From: a virus
Virus record (IMG/VR): IMGVR_UViG_3300042691_028844
Location: 1-64,000 of that record
Length of the DNA stretch: 64,000 bases
Direction: 5' to 3' (one strand)
Both the position numbers and the translations under genes were made by a program. Below, one piece after another: positions 26,388 through 36,385 of the stretch (within the stretch, counting starts at the first letter, position 1; each line of letters starts with the position of its first letter). The notes under the pieces are model-generated. The model saw nothing but the letters and a program-made list of their open reading frames with translations, was not told the DNA's origin and made no database searches.

Positions 26388-26467
26388 ACGCACGCACGCA
26401 CACACACACACGCACACGCACACACGCACACACGCACACACGCACACACACACGCGAGCGCGCGCGT
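26388..26467. repeat. Alternating purine-pyrimidine (CA/CG) tract, about 80 bp
   Basis: Read directly; single interruption at 26457. Confidence 0.9.
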
Positions 26468-26792
26468 TAAATAAAACTACCTACCCCCTCAGTATTGTAT
26501 AACAATAGAGTTGTTGTAGCCTACTCCTTGTGTGTTAGTTATACTCAGTGCTAAGTATAAAGAATAGCGAACGCTAAGTGTATAGCTTATGCTTACTGTC
26601 CGTGTTGGTCGCAAGGTCCTTTTTTTTATATAGCGCGCTTACTCGTCGGCGTGGGCGAGAAGGGTCTGGTAATTTTCTGGGTAAATTGGGGGGCGTAGTT
26701 TTGAGTGACAGCATATTGACAGATGCTTCACAAAAATTTTTTCGCCGCGTGGTTTTTGCTTTAGACTTATTCCACGCCGCGCAGAGTACGGA

Positions 26793-27014
26793 ATGTACTA
26801 CAGAGATCAGGTTGTAACAGGGCCAGAATTACTGGAAGAGTACATTGCGCAGGTTACTCCTCGTATTGTTCGTAATATCTACTCTGGGTACAGTGGTGAA
26901 CCGCATATTATTACGCCTGGGGACAAATTAAATATGTTGATGGATTACCGTGATGTTATAGATCACGACGCGAATACTTTGCGTCAGGTTTTAGGCCCTA
27001 TTCAAGCTCCTTGA
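26793..27014 (+). CDS. Small hypothetical protein
   Basis: ORF track; TAGACT upstream. Confidence 0.65.
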   Translation: MYYRDQVVTGPELLEEYIAQVTPRIVRNIYSGYSGEPHIITPGDKLNMLMDYRDVIDHDANTLRQVLGPIQAP

Positions 27015-27018
27015 TACC

Positions 27019-27225
27019 ATGTCTATCTTCAAAGAAGAGGATGCTGCCTTAGGTAAGATCCCTTTTAGCGCAATGGTTCGGAAATACGGGCCTGAGTTAG
27101 CTCTTGCGGGTTACTTCGAGGAGCTTACAGACGCCCCTGACGAGCCTCCGTCACCGATTGCGACAGCTTTCTTACGCAAGTACCTGTCTGAGCTACCGTC
27201 GGAGGACGCTCCTTCTTTCGGGTAA
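27019..27225 (+). CDS. Small acidic protein (FLxxYL motif)
   Basis: ORF track. Confidence 0.65.
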   Translation: MSIFKEEDAALGKIPFSAMVRKYGPELALAGYFEELTDAPDEPPSPIATAFLRKYLSELPSEDAPSFG

Positions 27226-27237
27226 AGCGTTTTCCGG

Positions 27238-27311
<74 letters not shown>

Positions 27312-27431
27312 TTAGAGCTTCTTTTGTCGTGTCGGGTTATTCCACTCCCGCGCCACGGAAGGGTGTTCAGGGCGTGTGTTTATCGCAGATACGAAGCTTC
27401 ATTTAGACTAAAACAAGCTCGATTTTCACTT

Positions 27432-27758
27432 GTGACTTATTATTCGCCCGATTATGCGCGTTACAACGACCCTGAAGGCTCTTATGGAGTTCCGGATGAG
27501 CTGGGGCCTGTACTCAGGGCTGACCCTAAGTCTTTTCTGTTTGATTACTTGAATAAGAACCTTATTCAAGGACCTCCAGAGAACATAGATATTTATGAGC
27601 AAGAAATGTATAGAGAAGACTCTTCCCCTTCTTTTAAATTAGAGCCGTCTAAATTAGACTTACGCGAATTTAGGGACCCTAGAGCTCCCGTTACTCCTCG
27701 TGAATTTCTAGATCGCGATAAGTTTTTACTTTTGAGCCCTAGGAGTCCCTTGACCTGA
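27432..27758 (+). CDS. Small acidic protein (FLxxYL motif)
   Basis: ORF track; GTG start at 27432 after TAGACT. Confidence 0.65.
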   Translation: MTYYSPDYARYNDPEGSYGVPDELGPVLRADPKSFLFDYLNKNLIQGPPENIDIYEQEMYREDSSPSFKLEPSKLDLREFRDPRAPVTPREFLDRDKFLLLSPRSPLT

Positions 27759-28115
27759 CATTGATTCAAGGTGAAAAAAGATACATTCAGGAAAATCTGC
27801 AAAAAACTTAAGTGTAGCGGGGCATAACCAACCTCTAAGTTCGTCTTTTTGCTCTGCTTGTAAGGCGTACCATGCTCCCCCATGCTCGTTTTTATCTCTT
27901 TTTAAGTGTGTTTTGCAATTAGGGAACATTTCTGAGCTAAAAATGATCCTGTACTTGTTTTCCGTGTTCTGTGACGGCAGGCTTTCGATCATGTAATCGA
28001 CGATTTCAGGCGTTCCGAGGACAAACGGCTCGTGAATCAAGCCTCGTTTTTCGTCTGTGAAGCACCATGTGTCGGCGTATCGGTAGATTTCTACCGTCAT
28101 CATGCTGTTAGACAA
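27726..28115 (-). CDS. Conserved hypothetical protein (DUF6717-like)
   Basis: W.F.D..RGL..EPFV.G...GGAWY...GWLCPA pattern. Confidence 0.65.
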   Translation of the reverse strand: MSNSMMTVEIYRYADTWCFTDEKRGLIHEPFVLGTPEIVDYMIESLPSQNTENKYRIIFSSEMFPNCKTHLKRDKNEHGGAWYALQAEQKDELRGWLCPATLKFFADFPECIFFHLESMSGQGTPRAQK

Positions 28116-28217
28116 AGCACTGAGCGCATAGGACTCGTGTAGTGTACCATACTGGACCGAGACCCGTCCTGCCTCCGTGGCCAGACCTCGTATACTTAAA
28201 GTAAAGCGGGTTGTTAC

Positions 28218-31200
28218 GTGCCTTCTCCACTTAATACAGAGACTTTACGTAAGGCTCTAGACGCTTATTCAGAGTATGGGGACGTTAATCCTTACTCCCA
28301 AGACGACGCTCGTGATGCGTTAGTTGATCGTGCTCTCAATCAAGGGTTTTTAGATGACTATATCGAAGAAGAGATAAGGACAAATCGCGAGTACAATGAT
28401 CCTGATTACGATCCCGATGATTATATTGGACCCGAAGAAGTAGAGGCTTATAGGAGGAGAGTTGATTCGAGCGATTTTCCAGATAGAGTTCCGTTTTCTG
28501 AAGATGTCAGCATAGACCCTGATCTAGAAGAGTATAACGTTTATAACTTTGTAAACCAGAACCCTAAAGCTAGAGAGTACTTTACGAATCAGACTATAAA
28601 CATACGCGGCACAGATGCGGGGGATCGGTTTCTTCGGGCTTTACGTGCGGGCTCTTTTACTCCTGAACAGTTAAGGACTCTTCGAACCGTACGCTTTGCA
28701 GGTAATTCTGACGTATTAGAAAACACTAGAGACTATGATGCTGCCACGGAGGCAGCTAATTTTGTAAATCAGAATGCTACCGGGCGTAGCGATATTCCTT
28801 CAATTGAGCCTGTTTATGAGAACACTGCCGAAGCTTTAAATCAAATACAGGATTTAGAGTCTATTGCGGCTCGAGTGAATGCGTATTCTGAGGATATTGC
28901 TACCACTCAGAATCGACTCCAAAATATCAGCCCTAGCAATGCTTCGTTGGCGAGTCTGTACGAGTCTGCTCCCCGGAGCCTAACTTCTCGTCAGCTTGCT
29001 TTACCGCTTGAAGTTGATCCATACGGGGATCGGGTTAATGAGTTTGCTTCTCGCATTCAATCCCTACCTTTGTCTTTTAACACTGTTGCAGAGTTAACTG
29101 ACGCTACTAATCGTTTGTCCTCGATTCAACGAGATCTTGGTGGGTTAGTTAGTCAAATAACTCATCCTAGTGAGCGTGCTAGAGCGTTTATTGCGGAGAC
29201 AGTGTTACCGCAAGTCGAACAAGCGCTCGGCCCGTATGGGGTTCAGCGTGCTACGCGTCGAGCGTTTGAGGAAAGTCGAGGGGCTTCAATGGACGCCGCT
29301 CGGGAGGAAGACGCTAGGCGTGAGTACTTCAATCTTCTTCGGCGGCAGGACTCAGCGGACCGTGTGCCAACTGCTCCCCCAGCGGATAGAACGCCGCAGG
29401 TTCAGGTTCTTGAGTCGTCCCAAGGTATGGAGCCTATACCTGGATTGAATGCGGCTATTCAAAAGGATCGTTTAGAAGCTATTAAACGAGTTGTTTCCCA
29501 GTATCCAGAAGTTGAACGGCTATTAGCCAGCGCACCTAAGGACCCGCAACGGCGTCCTCTTCGTGGTCCGTCTGTTAAAGAGTATCTACCTTATGTAGAC
29601 AGGGAGCAGGTTATTTCATTGCCGGAGCAGCGAAAAGCTATATACGACGTATTGTTAAATAGTGATGCAGAATTTGTTAACAACCCTGCACTAGGTCGGA
29701 GTTTTGTAGATGATGTTGAATCACTCTACACTAGCGGTAATACTGAACTACAGCAAAACGCTTTACAGCAGTTAGACACCCGTGGTTACGGTGACGCCAT
29801 GCGTGCTGTCTCCGCTCCCGCGACATACCCAACTCGGCCAATCGTCGGCGGTGGTAAGTACATCCGTACGAATGATCCTTCCAGTGGTCCGGAAGTGGCC
29901 GCAATGGTGAAGAAAATTCGCAACCGGGCGGAGGCTCTTGACCGTGCTCTCCCACGGTCGGAAGCTCTCTTGCGGGAGGCTTATCCTAATTTTTCGACGC
30001 GGCCGGATACTGTACGAAAGTTAGAGTTAAATTATGACCCTGATACCGATTCCGTCTCTTTACCTGAACCTGGGGAAAGAGGGCAGTACGGGATTGATGT
30101 GAGTACCGGTACCCCTCGGTTGAATCCGCTTTCGGCGCTCAGCTCTATGCCGAACAATGTTTCTCTCAATGCGCTTCGGTTCCTCGCGGATAATCCTGTT
30201 CTGGGAACTGCATCTGTTTCTTTCATGACTAAGGGACCTGGCCCTGGCCAGGGGTACAGCTACGAACCGAAAGAGTTGCCTTCGGCTGTTTCCGACGCCT
30301 TTGGGCGATTTGCTCAAGGTAAAGCTTTAGAAGGTTTGCCTCCGGGTACACTCGTGAGCAACTCCCCCCTCAAGTCCCGAGACATCGTTGAACAAAAAAA
30401 GCGCGAAGGGCGCACGGCTGACACAAGTTCCACGCTGCGTAAGCTTGAGCCGTTTATTGACGCTAGGCAACAGCTTCCCAACATCCGTGGCGCAGCTTAT
30501 CAAACTGCCGGGTTTGGGCCTTATACAGCAGAAGGTAATCAGCTTGCGTACATCGACGCAAATGGGCAAGTCGTACCGCTGCAATTGACTCGGCCTGAGG
30601 CAGGTTTGGCGGGATCTGTTCGTATGGACCGCAGTAGAAATACGACTGAGGTTGGGCAGGGAAGATTGCCTTTAACTACAAAGTCGTATTATTCCATTCC
30701 CCCTGAAGTTATTGCTGCCAAAGGTCTGCAAGAACTTGGCCGAGGCATCAGACAAACTCCGTCTGCGTTGTTGCCTGGTGCTGCTGATTTAATTCCTAGC
30801 CCCGAAGCTATACAAACGGGGTATCGCGAGGGTCCCGTAGCGATGGGCAGGCAGATGGCGCAAGAGTATGCGCAGAGTCTCCCTTCCGCCGTGGCGGCTG
30901 CAGGAGTTTTAGCGACACCGGCTGCGGCTCCCCTTGCTCCGGGAATTGGCGTGGGCATGGTCGGCACCGCTGCTGCCCGAGCTGTGAATGAGGTTGTTCG
31001 CCAACAGACTGGCGAAGGTATCGTTCCCAAACTTCGTCAAGCTCTTGGTACGGCTCCAAGAAGCGGAGTGGCGTCGCCACAACGTACGACGCCCAGGCCG
31101 TTAACAGCCAGCATTCAAGCCCTAACTCCTGCTCAGCGGGTTGAGATGAGCCGGCGGCAGAATCGAAATGAGTTACAACGTAGAGTTGACTTAGCTAAAG

Positions 31201-31259
31201 AAAGGTTTAACCCAGCTAGATTGGAGTTTGGACTCTCTGAGTTATTCCGTGGAAGGTGA
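28218..31259 (+). CDS. Large (1013 aa) protein, possibly internal virion/ejection protein
   Basis: ORF track; function inferred from composition only. Confidence 0.75.
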   Translation: MPSPLNTETLRKALDAYSEYGDVNPYSQDDARDALVDRALNQGFLDDYIEEEIRTNREYNDPDYDPDDYIGPEEVEAYRRRVDSSDFPDRVPFSEDVSIDPDLEEYNVYNFVNQNPKAREYFTNQTINIRGTDAGDRFLRALRAGSFTPEQLRTLRTVRFAGNSDVLENTRDYDAATEAANFVNQNATGRSDIPSIEPVYENTAEALNQIQDLESIAARVNAYSEDIATTQNRLQNISPSNASLASLYESAPRSLTSRQLALPLEVDPYGDRVNEFASRIQSLPLSFNTVAELTDATNRLSSIQRDLGGLVSQITHPSERARAFIAETVLPQVEQALGPYGVQRATRRAFEESRGASMDAAREEDARREYFNLLRRQDSADRVPTAPPADRTPQVQVLESSQGMEPIPGLNAAIQKDRLEAIKRVVSQYPEVERLLASAPKDPQRRPLRGPSVKEYLPYVDREQVISLPEQRKAIYDVLLNSDAEFVNNPALGRSFVDDVESLYTSGNTELQQNALQQLDTRGYGDAMRAVSAPATYPTRPIVGGGKYIRTNDPSSGPEVAAMVKKIRNRAEALDRALPRSEALLREAYPNFSTRPDTVRKLELNYDPDTDSVSLPEPGERGQYGIDVSTGTPRLNPLSALSSMPNNVSLNALRFLADNPVLGTASVSFMTKGPGPGQGYSYEPKELPSAVSDAFGRFAQGKALEGLPPGTLVSNSPLKSRDIVEQKKREGRTADTSSTLRKLEPFIDARQQLPNIRGAAYQTAGFGPYTAEGNQLAYIDANGQVVPLQLTRPEAGLAGSVRMDRSRNTTEVGQGRLPLTTKSYYSIPPEVIAAKGLQELGRGIRQTPSALLPGAADLIPSPEAIQTGYREGPVAMGRQMAQEYAQSLPSAVAAAGVLATPAAAPLAPGIGVGMVGTAAARAVNEVVRQQTGEGIVPKLRQALGTAPRSGVASPQRTTPRPLTASIQALTPAQRVEMSRRQNRNELQRRVDLAKERFNPARLEFGLSELFRGR

Positions 31260-31398
31260 TCTAACGGATAAACCAAACTACGAGAAGTGGCTGCAAGTTA
31301 AGAAGATACTGGAGAAATCGGGTAAAACGTCGGGCCCTTTCTACGAGAGGGCTCTGACGATTCTTCGAACCGGCGTGGACCCTCAACTTGGCAAATAA
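31249..31398 (+). CDS. Small cyanophage-type protein (W..VK..LE..GKT..FY.RA..I...DP)
   Basis: Manual translation from GTG 31249. Confidence 0.65.
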   Translation: MEGDLTDKPNYEKWLQVKKILEKSGKTSGPFYERALTILRTGVDPQLGK

Positions 31399-31510
31399 CG
31401 TAGCCCTCAGCCACTAAGCGTTTACGGGTGTTTTCTTCGTCTTTAGTGCTGACTTTAAATTTTTGAAAGATACCCGAACGGTAGGCGTGGATCTGAACAG
31501 TTGAGGGCAT
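31298..31510 (-). CDS. Small hypothetical protein
   Basis: ORF track; converges with 31249-31398. Confidence 0.45.
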   Translation of the reverse strand: MPSTVQIHAYRSGIFQKFKVSTKDEENTRKRLVAEGYVICQVEGPRRFEESSEPSRRKGPTFYPISPVSS

Positions 31511-31609
31511 CGCGCTTTAGTCGCCAACTTACTTTAACGGGTCTGTTCGAGGTTCCCTCGATGTCTTCCATCTTTTTGTGTGTAAAATATAGAGAGCTGA
31601 GAGATTTAC

Positions 31610-31894
31610 GTGGCGTACGCTTCGATTGGGGAGCTGATGGCGAATATGCCTAATTTCGATGAGATGGGTATCCCTGGTGGCGCTTCTCTACATTCTTTTC
31701 CGGCTCTGCCTGGGGAGCTGCGCCTAATCCCTCGAATGCAAAAAATGCGGGATATGCAGGATAAGCTGCAACCAGCATTGCCTCCTGTACGTAAAGCACA
31801 GATTGATTCTGAGCAATTTTTAGCAGACTATCTGATGGGTGTTGGTAGACCCATGGCTATAGCTGAAGCGAGCCGCGACGACCGCTTGTATTAA
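31610..31894 (+). CDS. Small protein (FLxxYL motif)
   Basis: ORF track. Confidence 0.65.
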   Translation: MAYASIGELMANMPNFDEMGIPGGASLHSFPALPGELRLIPRMQKMRDMQDKLQPALPPVRKAQIDSEQFLADYLMGVGRPMAIAEASRDDRLY

Positions 31895-31959
31895 TCACTT
31901 AGGCAGGATTCGAACCTGCGTTGCTCCGCAGTAGCAGAACCGCCTGCTCACACCGTGAT
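31894..31959 (-). ncRNA. Degenerate tRNA-like element
   Basis: Perfect T-arm GCAGG-TTCGAAT-CCTGC; partial acceptor stem ATCAC/GTGAT; no canonical anticodon arm. Confidence 0.4.
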
Positions 31960-32061
31960 CGGAATTTCCGGCCACGGGGTGTCAGTTGAAATGACGCCCC
32001 TCTCGTCGACATTTAGTCCCCCGTGGTTTGATGGGGCTAGCGAGCACGGACTTACCGAAGC

Positions 32062-32742
32062 TCAATGGGCTTGTTCGTCAGCGTCCTTTGGGGTCCCCTT
32101 GATGCACCAGAGCTGCCAGCCGGGACAAAACGCTTTTTCGATGCACCTCAGTGCAGCCAGAGCACCCTCAACACCCCTAGCTACGTCCGCATCACCGAAA
32201 TCGTCGAAGATAACTGCCCCGTGGTGACGGACTAGGGGCACGTAAAGAGCTGCGTCACGGCATACGGCTTCCGCTGTGTGCTCTCCGTCAATGTACAGGA
32301 TGTCGATCTTGCGGTTCTCAGCCTGAAGTTGCCTTGCGACAAGGGGAAACAGGTCCCACGAGGCGCCTTTCATCACCGTAACTTTGCCCGGATGCTTACT
32401 TTTAGCGATATTTGAGCGTGCAATGTACTCAATATCGTTAAGTGTCGGGAATTTTTCCCTGTTTTGCCGATATTCTTCGTTCCCTGTGAACGGATCGATT
32501 GAAATTAGACGACTTTCCGGGTGTTCTAGGAAGTTATCGGACCACCAGCACGACGAAGCACCTTCGTACACCCCTATTTCAACGATCGTACGATATTCAT
32601 CCGGCAGGAATCGTAACTTTTCCGCCGTGGGCTCGTTGCTGACTCGCTGGTAACTGGCTAGGAGCTGCTCGTACCACGCGTGAGTGATTCTGTAGTCTTT
32701 GTTTAATTTGGAGTCCATAGGTGAAATTTTTTCAAACAACAT
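32062..32742 (-). CDS. Class I SAM methyltransferase (Methyltransf_24-like)
   Basis: VEIGVYEGAS, IDPF, LYIDGEH, IFDD. Confidence 0.85.
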   Translation of the reverse strand: MLFEKISPMDSKLNKDYRITHAWYEQLLASYQRVSNEPTAEKLRFLPDEYRTIVEIGVYEGASSCWWSDNFLEHPESRLISIDPFTGNEEYRQNREKFPTLNDIEYIARSNIAKSKHPGKVTVMKGASWDLFPLVARQLQAENRKIDILYIDGEHTAEAVCRDAALYVPLVRHHGAVIFDDFGDADVARGVEGALAALRCIEKAFCPGWQLWCIKGTPKDADEQAH

Positions 32743-32840
32743 CTTACTGGCTCTGTCAACCTTGTTAAACTAGGCCCGATCCGCTCTGAGCTTACTGTTG
32801 TGTTTTATTAAGTGTTTACACGGTTTCACTCGCGTTATTA

Positions 32841-33095
32841 GTGCTCAAGACACTGTTTCACAGCAACATGGCTCCTTTGAATTTACTTGACATCAGTTTT
32901 GCTGCTTCGCTTTTTAATCGCTTGCCTTCTTCTTTGAGCGTTGGGTCCGTCTTGTGCGGGCTACATTCTGAGCTGTTATCTCAGTATTTCTCAGAGGAGG
33001 AAGTTATGTTTTTGAAATCCTTGTTCAGGGGTTCGTATGCTGTGGATTACTCACCTGAAGCCAGGAAAGCTTTAGATCGTATTAGGATGCTTTAG
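32841..33095 (+). CDS. Hypothetical protein
   Basis: ORF track only. Confidence 0.45.
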   Translation: MLKTLFHSNMAPLNLLDISFAASLFNRLPSSLSVGSVLCGLHSELLSQYFSEEEVMFLKSLFRGSYAVDYSPEARKALDRIRML

Positions 33096-33119
33096 TACAT
33101 TTAAATCTCTTCTGTTCTC

Positions 33120-33335
33120 ATGTCAGTCTCAGCCTTAAACGAATTACGGTCAGCGTGCCCCTACTGCGGTGAAGAGGTTGTTCTGCGCGGAGCCCGTCTT
33201 CGCGTGTGGCTTCAGCGGGCAGCACAAAACCCCACCAGAACTGGTCCTTACTGCAACTATGTGTGCTCGTCTCGCACTAACATTCAATTAGCGGTAAATC
33301 GTCGTTCTCGGAACACCGAAAAAGTTTTTATCTAA
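33120..33335 (+). CDS. Small Zn-finger-like protein
   Basis: CPYC...CNYVC. Confidence 0.6.
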   Translation: MSVSALNELRSACPYCGEEVVLRGARLRVWLQRAAQNPTRTGPYCNYVCSSRTNIQLAVNRRSRNTEKVFI

Positions 33336-33336
33336 C

Positions 33337-33711
33337 GTGACTACAAACTCAACTCGCGTTGCTAACGATCTCCACATCGTACAGCATCTGCACGGAAAGC
33401 TTACAAAAGCTGATAAGGTCTGTTATACATGCGGGACTTTATTTGGCTCTCCTATGCCTGGCGGTGTTTCGACATTCCATTATGGAGATTGCGATGTCTG
33501 CGGTCAAGTTGAAGTCCCTGTGACTGAAACCCGCGACTACGGGTATCTGATCCGTGGCATTATGCACCTAGAAAACCGGCTGGCAGAGGACCACGTTCTG
33601 GGAGCAGAAACAGAGCAAGTTTCTGAAAATGACCGTGATCCGCTGATGCGGCGGTTTTTGGACACCTGTGACAAGGCGGGAACCCCCGTGGAGAATTATG
33701 AGTCTCGATAG
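33337..33711 (+). CDS. Zn-binding hypothetical protein
   Basis: CYTC...CDVC...TETRDYGYL. Confidence 0.7.
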   Translation: MTTNSTRVANDLHIVQHLHGKLTKADKVCYTCGTLFGSPMPGGVSTFHYGDCDVCGQVEVPVTETRDYGYLIRGIMHLENRLAEDHVLGAETEQVSENDRDPLMRRFLDTCDKAGTPVENYESR

Positions 33712-33770
33712 ATAACGAACTGTTTAAAGCCCGTTGGGTTCGCTGCCGCCAGTTATACTGTGCTCGCCAG

Positions 33771-33846
33771 GCGCGTCTAGCAATCTGGTGAATGCAGCGA
33801 ACTCATAATTCGCCTAAGGTGGGTTCAATTCCCTCGACGCGCACCA
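33771..33846 (+). tRNA. tRNA with CAT anticodon (elongator Met or Ile2), CCA encoded
   Basis: GCGCGTC/GACGCGC acceptor; loop CTCATAA; lacks initiator features. Confidence 0.88.
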
Positions 33847-33931
33847 GCCCTGGTGGTGGAATCGGTAGACACAACAGACTTAAAATCTGTCGGCCATTGC
33901 GGTTGTGCGAGTTCAAGTCTCGCTCAGGGCA
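33847..33931 (+). tRNA. trnL: tRNA-Leu(TAA)
   Basis: Loop CTTAAAA; long variable arm; abuts previous tRNA. Confidence 0.93.
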
Positions 33932-33946
33932 TTCAACTTTAATCTC

Positions 33947-34300
33947 ATGTCTGGCTTAACCCCTACTTGCTGTCCTGCTTGCACTGCCTTTGAGTTGCGG
34001 GTGATTGAGAGTCGTAGGAAGGCTCGCTACACCAGACGGCGGAAAGAGTGCGGTGGCTGTGGCCATCGCCTTACGACGTACGAACTGTCGGCCGAATACT
34101 TTGAGGAGGTCCGAGACGCCAAATTGCAGCTCAACAAAATTTATAAAGTTTTGGGTTCTGCTGAGGTTTCGACTCCCACGAAGGAAGGTGTTACGTGCTA
34201 TATGTGTATTCACATGACTGGTAGGGGCTGCCAACTTGATTTTCCCGAAGCCGGTGGAGCCTTCGCAGCCGAGTGCTCTTCGTATCAAGAGTTTGTATAA
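33947..34300 (+). CDS. NrdR-like N-terminal Zn ribbon protein
   Basis: CPAC...VIESR...RRRKEC..CGHRLTTYE. Confidence 0.8.
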   Translation: MSGLTPTCCPACTAFELRVIESRRKARYTRRRKECGGCGHRLTTYELSAEYFEEVRDAKLQLNKIYKVLGSAEVSTPTKEGVTCYMCIHMTGRGCQLDFPEAGGAFAAECSSYQEFV

Positions 34301-34304
34301 ATAC

Positions 34305-35207
34305 TTAAATTTGCCCCTTTAGGACTTCTCGGTACGCTAGACCTGGATTCTGAGTTGCCCATTTGATAAGGGCGTCTTCAGGCATATCCTCTACACGGCC
34401 GGTTTCTTTCATCAATCGAACCAGCTCGGTTGCACCTAATTTTTTGCCGAGCTCATCCTGTGCCCTGTAGAACTGTGCTAAAGGTACGTTTGTAGGAGCT
34501 ACGAACTGTGATGATTGTTCCAGTATTTCTGGCGAAACTCTCGGCGCCGTCTGTGCTGTCGCTGTCGGTTGCGATGGGAGGCTTGTGCGAGCAGTTGCAT
34601 CCATCGGTGAGGGCCATGGATTCGTGGCCGCTGGCGATTGCCTCGGACCCGGTGGCGCATAGGCCGCTTCTGCCGGAGCTGGCAGGCTTAACCCTGCGCG
34701 AGCGGAAGTATCAGACCGTGGTTCAGTTCTCTGCGCCTGGTTGCGTGCTCGCGCATCACGAGTATCAGCGGCCTCGCGCTCATAACGAGCCCGCTCCTGC
34801 TTCATAAGTTCTTCTTCGCCACGGTTGACCGGCGTGGGCCATAAAGCTGCTGCTGCAGCGAGTCGTTGAAGCGGACCTCCTACAGGTAAGGAGGTAAGGA
34901 GATACGCGCTTCCTATATCCGCACCGAGTTGCTTGTTGGGTATTGCTTTTGCAATATTTTCTACTAGCGTGTCGACGGCGTATCCGGCGCCTAAGGTTCT
35001 AAGAACTGGCCCCGGTTTGAGTGGAATATTGGCGTTGGACAGGGGGTTGACCGCAACTCTGATTGAAGGAGGCAGGCGACGGTACTGTTCCACAACGGGA
35101 CGAGCCACAGGGTTTTGCGTGGCGATCCTGATTGCACGCTGACCTGCCTGCTGGACACTTTGGCCGCCCCGCTGTAACGTCTGTAATGCAGTGTTCCACC
35201 AGCTCAT
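34305..35207 (-). CDS. Low-complexity late protein with WAxxNPxLAY C-terminal motif
   Basis: ORF track; motif shared with 58556-60400. Confidence 0.7.
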   Translation of the reverse strand: MSWWNTALQTLQRGGQSVQQAGQRAIRIATQNPVARPVVEQYRRLPPSIRVAVNPLSNANIPLKPGPVLRTLGAGYAVDTLVENIAKAIPNKQLGADIGSAYLLTSLPVGGPLQRLAAAAALWPTPVNRGEEELMKQERARYEREAADTRDARARNQAQRTEPRSDTSARAGLSLPAPAEAAYAPPGPRQSPAATNPWPSPMDATARTSLPSQPTATAQTAPRVSPEILEQSSQFVAPTNVPLAQFYRAQDELGKKLGATELVRLMKETGRVEDMPEDALIKWATQNPGLAYREVLKGQI

Positions 35208-35724
35208 TTTGGGGCGCGACTTCTTGTCTCAGTCTACTTATAAGCCTGGGGATTCCTCTGCCCTGAGTTGGGATGTAAGGTTCTTATCTTTCGCTAAGCA
35301 TGTGTCTGATTGGTCTAAGGACCCGTCCACGAAGGTTGGCGCTGTGGCGGTCCGCGATCGCCGTGTCTTAGCTACAGGTTACAACGGGTTCCCGCAACAC
35401 ATCGTTGATTTGCCTGGAAGGCTGCTGGATCGTGAAGAAAAGCTACTACGCACCGTTCACGCGGAAGCGAACATCGTGGCGCAGGCCGCAAGAAATGGTG
35501 TTTGCCTGGATGGCTCGACGGTTTACGTGTGGCCGTTCTTGCCGTGCAATACGTGCTGCACGTTGTTGATACAGGCAGGATTTAAGCGCGTCGTGGCACC
35601 AGAAATTGATATCCCCGATAGGTGGCTCAAGAGCTTCACCGCGTCCAAGGATATGTTTACTGAGGTGGGGATTAATTTGACTTTAATTGATCCTTCTCTT
35701 GTAGAGCCAGATACATGTTCGTGA
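35191..35724 (+). CDS. dCMP deaminase
   Basis: SKDPSTKVGA, GYNG, HAEAN, PCxxC; true start may be TTG 35224. Confidence 0.92.
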   Translation: MFHQLILGRDFLSQSTYKPGDSSALSWDVRFLSFAKHVSDWSKDPSTKVGAVAVRDRRVLATGYNGFPQHIVDLPGRLLDREEKLLRTVHAEANIVAQAARNGVCLDGSTVYVWPFLPCNTCCTLLIQAGFKRVVAPEIDIPDRWLKSFTASKDMFTEVGINLTLIDPSLVEPDTCS

Positions 35725-36385
35725 ACGGCTGGATCTGGGCAATTGAATAATTGAGGCTAGTTAAATATTTGAATAAGGTGTCCTTGGAATCGGAGTACCA
35801 CGGGTGATTGTTAGATTCGAAAACAATCGGTGGGTAGTTACTGGCTTCGAGGGACCGCTTGGCTCCTAGTAGAGCTTTGTATTCGCTGCCTTCAACGTCG
35901 AGTTTGATCAAGCCGATATTTTCGAGTGTGTAGTCGTCAAGCGCGCACGTACGGACTTCCAATGTGGATTTAACTTTTTCCGGCGTGGCTTCAAGTGTTG
36001 AGCCCCCGCCGTCATCGGATACGATGGATAATGTACGTACGTCAGCAAAGTCGGTTAGGGCTGCTGCATGAGGTACGATATTGTGTTTCTCGTTGATGAA
36101 TATGTTGCCACAGAGCTGGAAGTACGTTCTGTTCTGGGGCTCAAAAGCGTACACCTGTTTAAAGCTGTCGGCTAACAGGATCGAGTACACGCCCATGTGC
36201 GCTCCACCATCGACAAAAATCGAATCCGGGGAACTGAACTGTTTGACGAAGTTAACTAAGGCTAATTCAGGTATGCCGACTTGGAACATCTGGCACCGGC
36301 CGGAGTCGTCGTCGTGCATTAAGAAAGCCGTTTCCGGCGTGGGCACGATCAGTCGTTGCTCCGGACCCCAGAGGTAGGTCGCCAT
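35672..36385 (-). CDS. FkbM-family methyltransferase
   Basis: DGGAHMG, AFEP, IKLDVEGSE. Confidence 0.9.
   Translation of the reverse strand: MATYLWGPEQRLIVPTPETAFLMHDDDSGRCQMFQVGIPELALVNFVKQFSSPDSIFVDGGAHMGVYSILLADSFKQVYAFEPQNRTYFQLCGNIFINEKHNIVPHAAALTDFADVRTLSIVSDDGGGSTLEATPEKVKSTLEVRTCALDDYTLENIGLIKLDVEGSEYKALLGAKRSLEASNYPPIVFESNNHPWYSDSKDTLFKYLTSLNYSIAQIQPFTNMYLALQEKDQLKSN

Noticed and set aside
26073-26817. Plus-strand ORFs 26073-26306 and 26578-26817
   Set aside because: Atypical composition; they overlap the structured/regulatory hinge and have weak starts.
33905-33946. Upstream GTG start of the NrdR-like ORF
   Set aside because: Overlaps tRNA-Leu; ATG 33947 is preferred.
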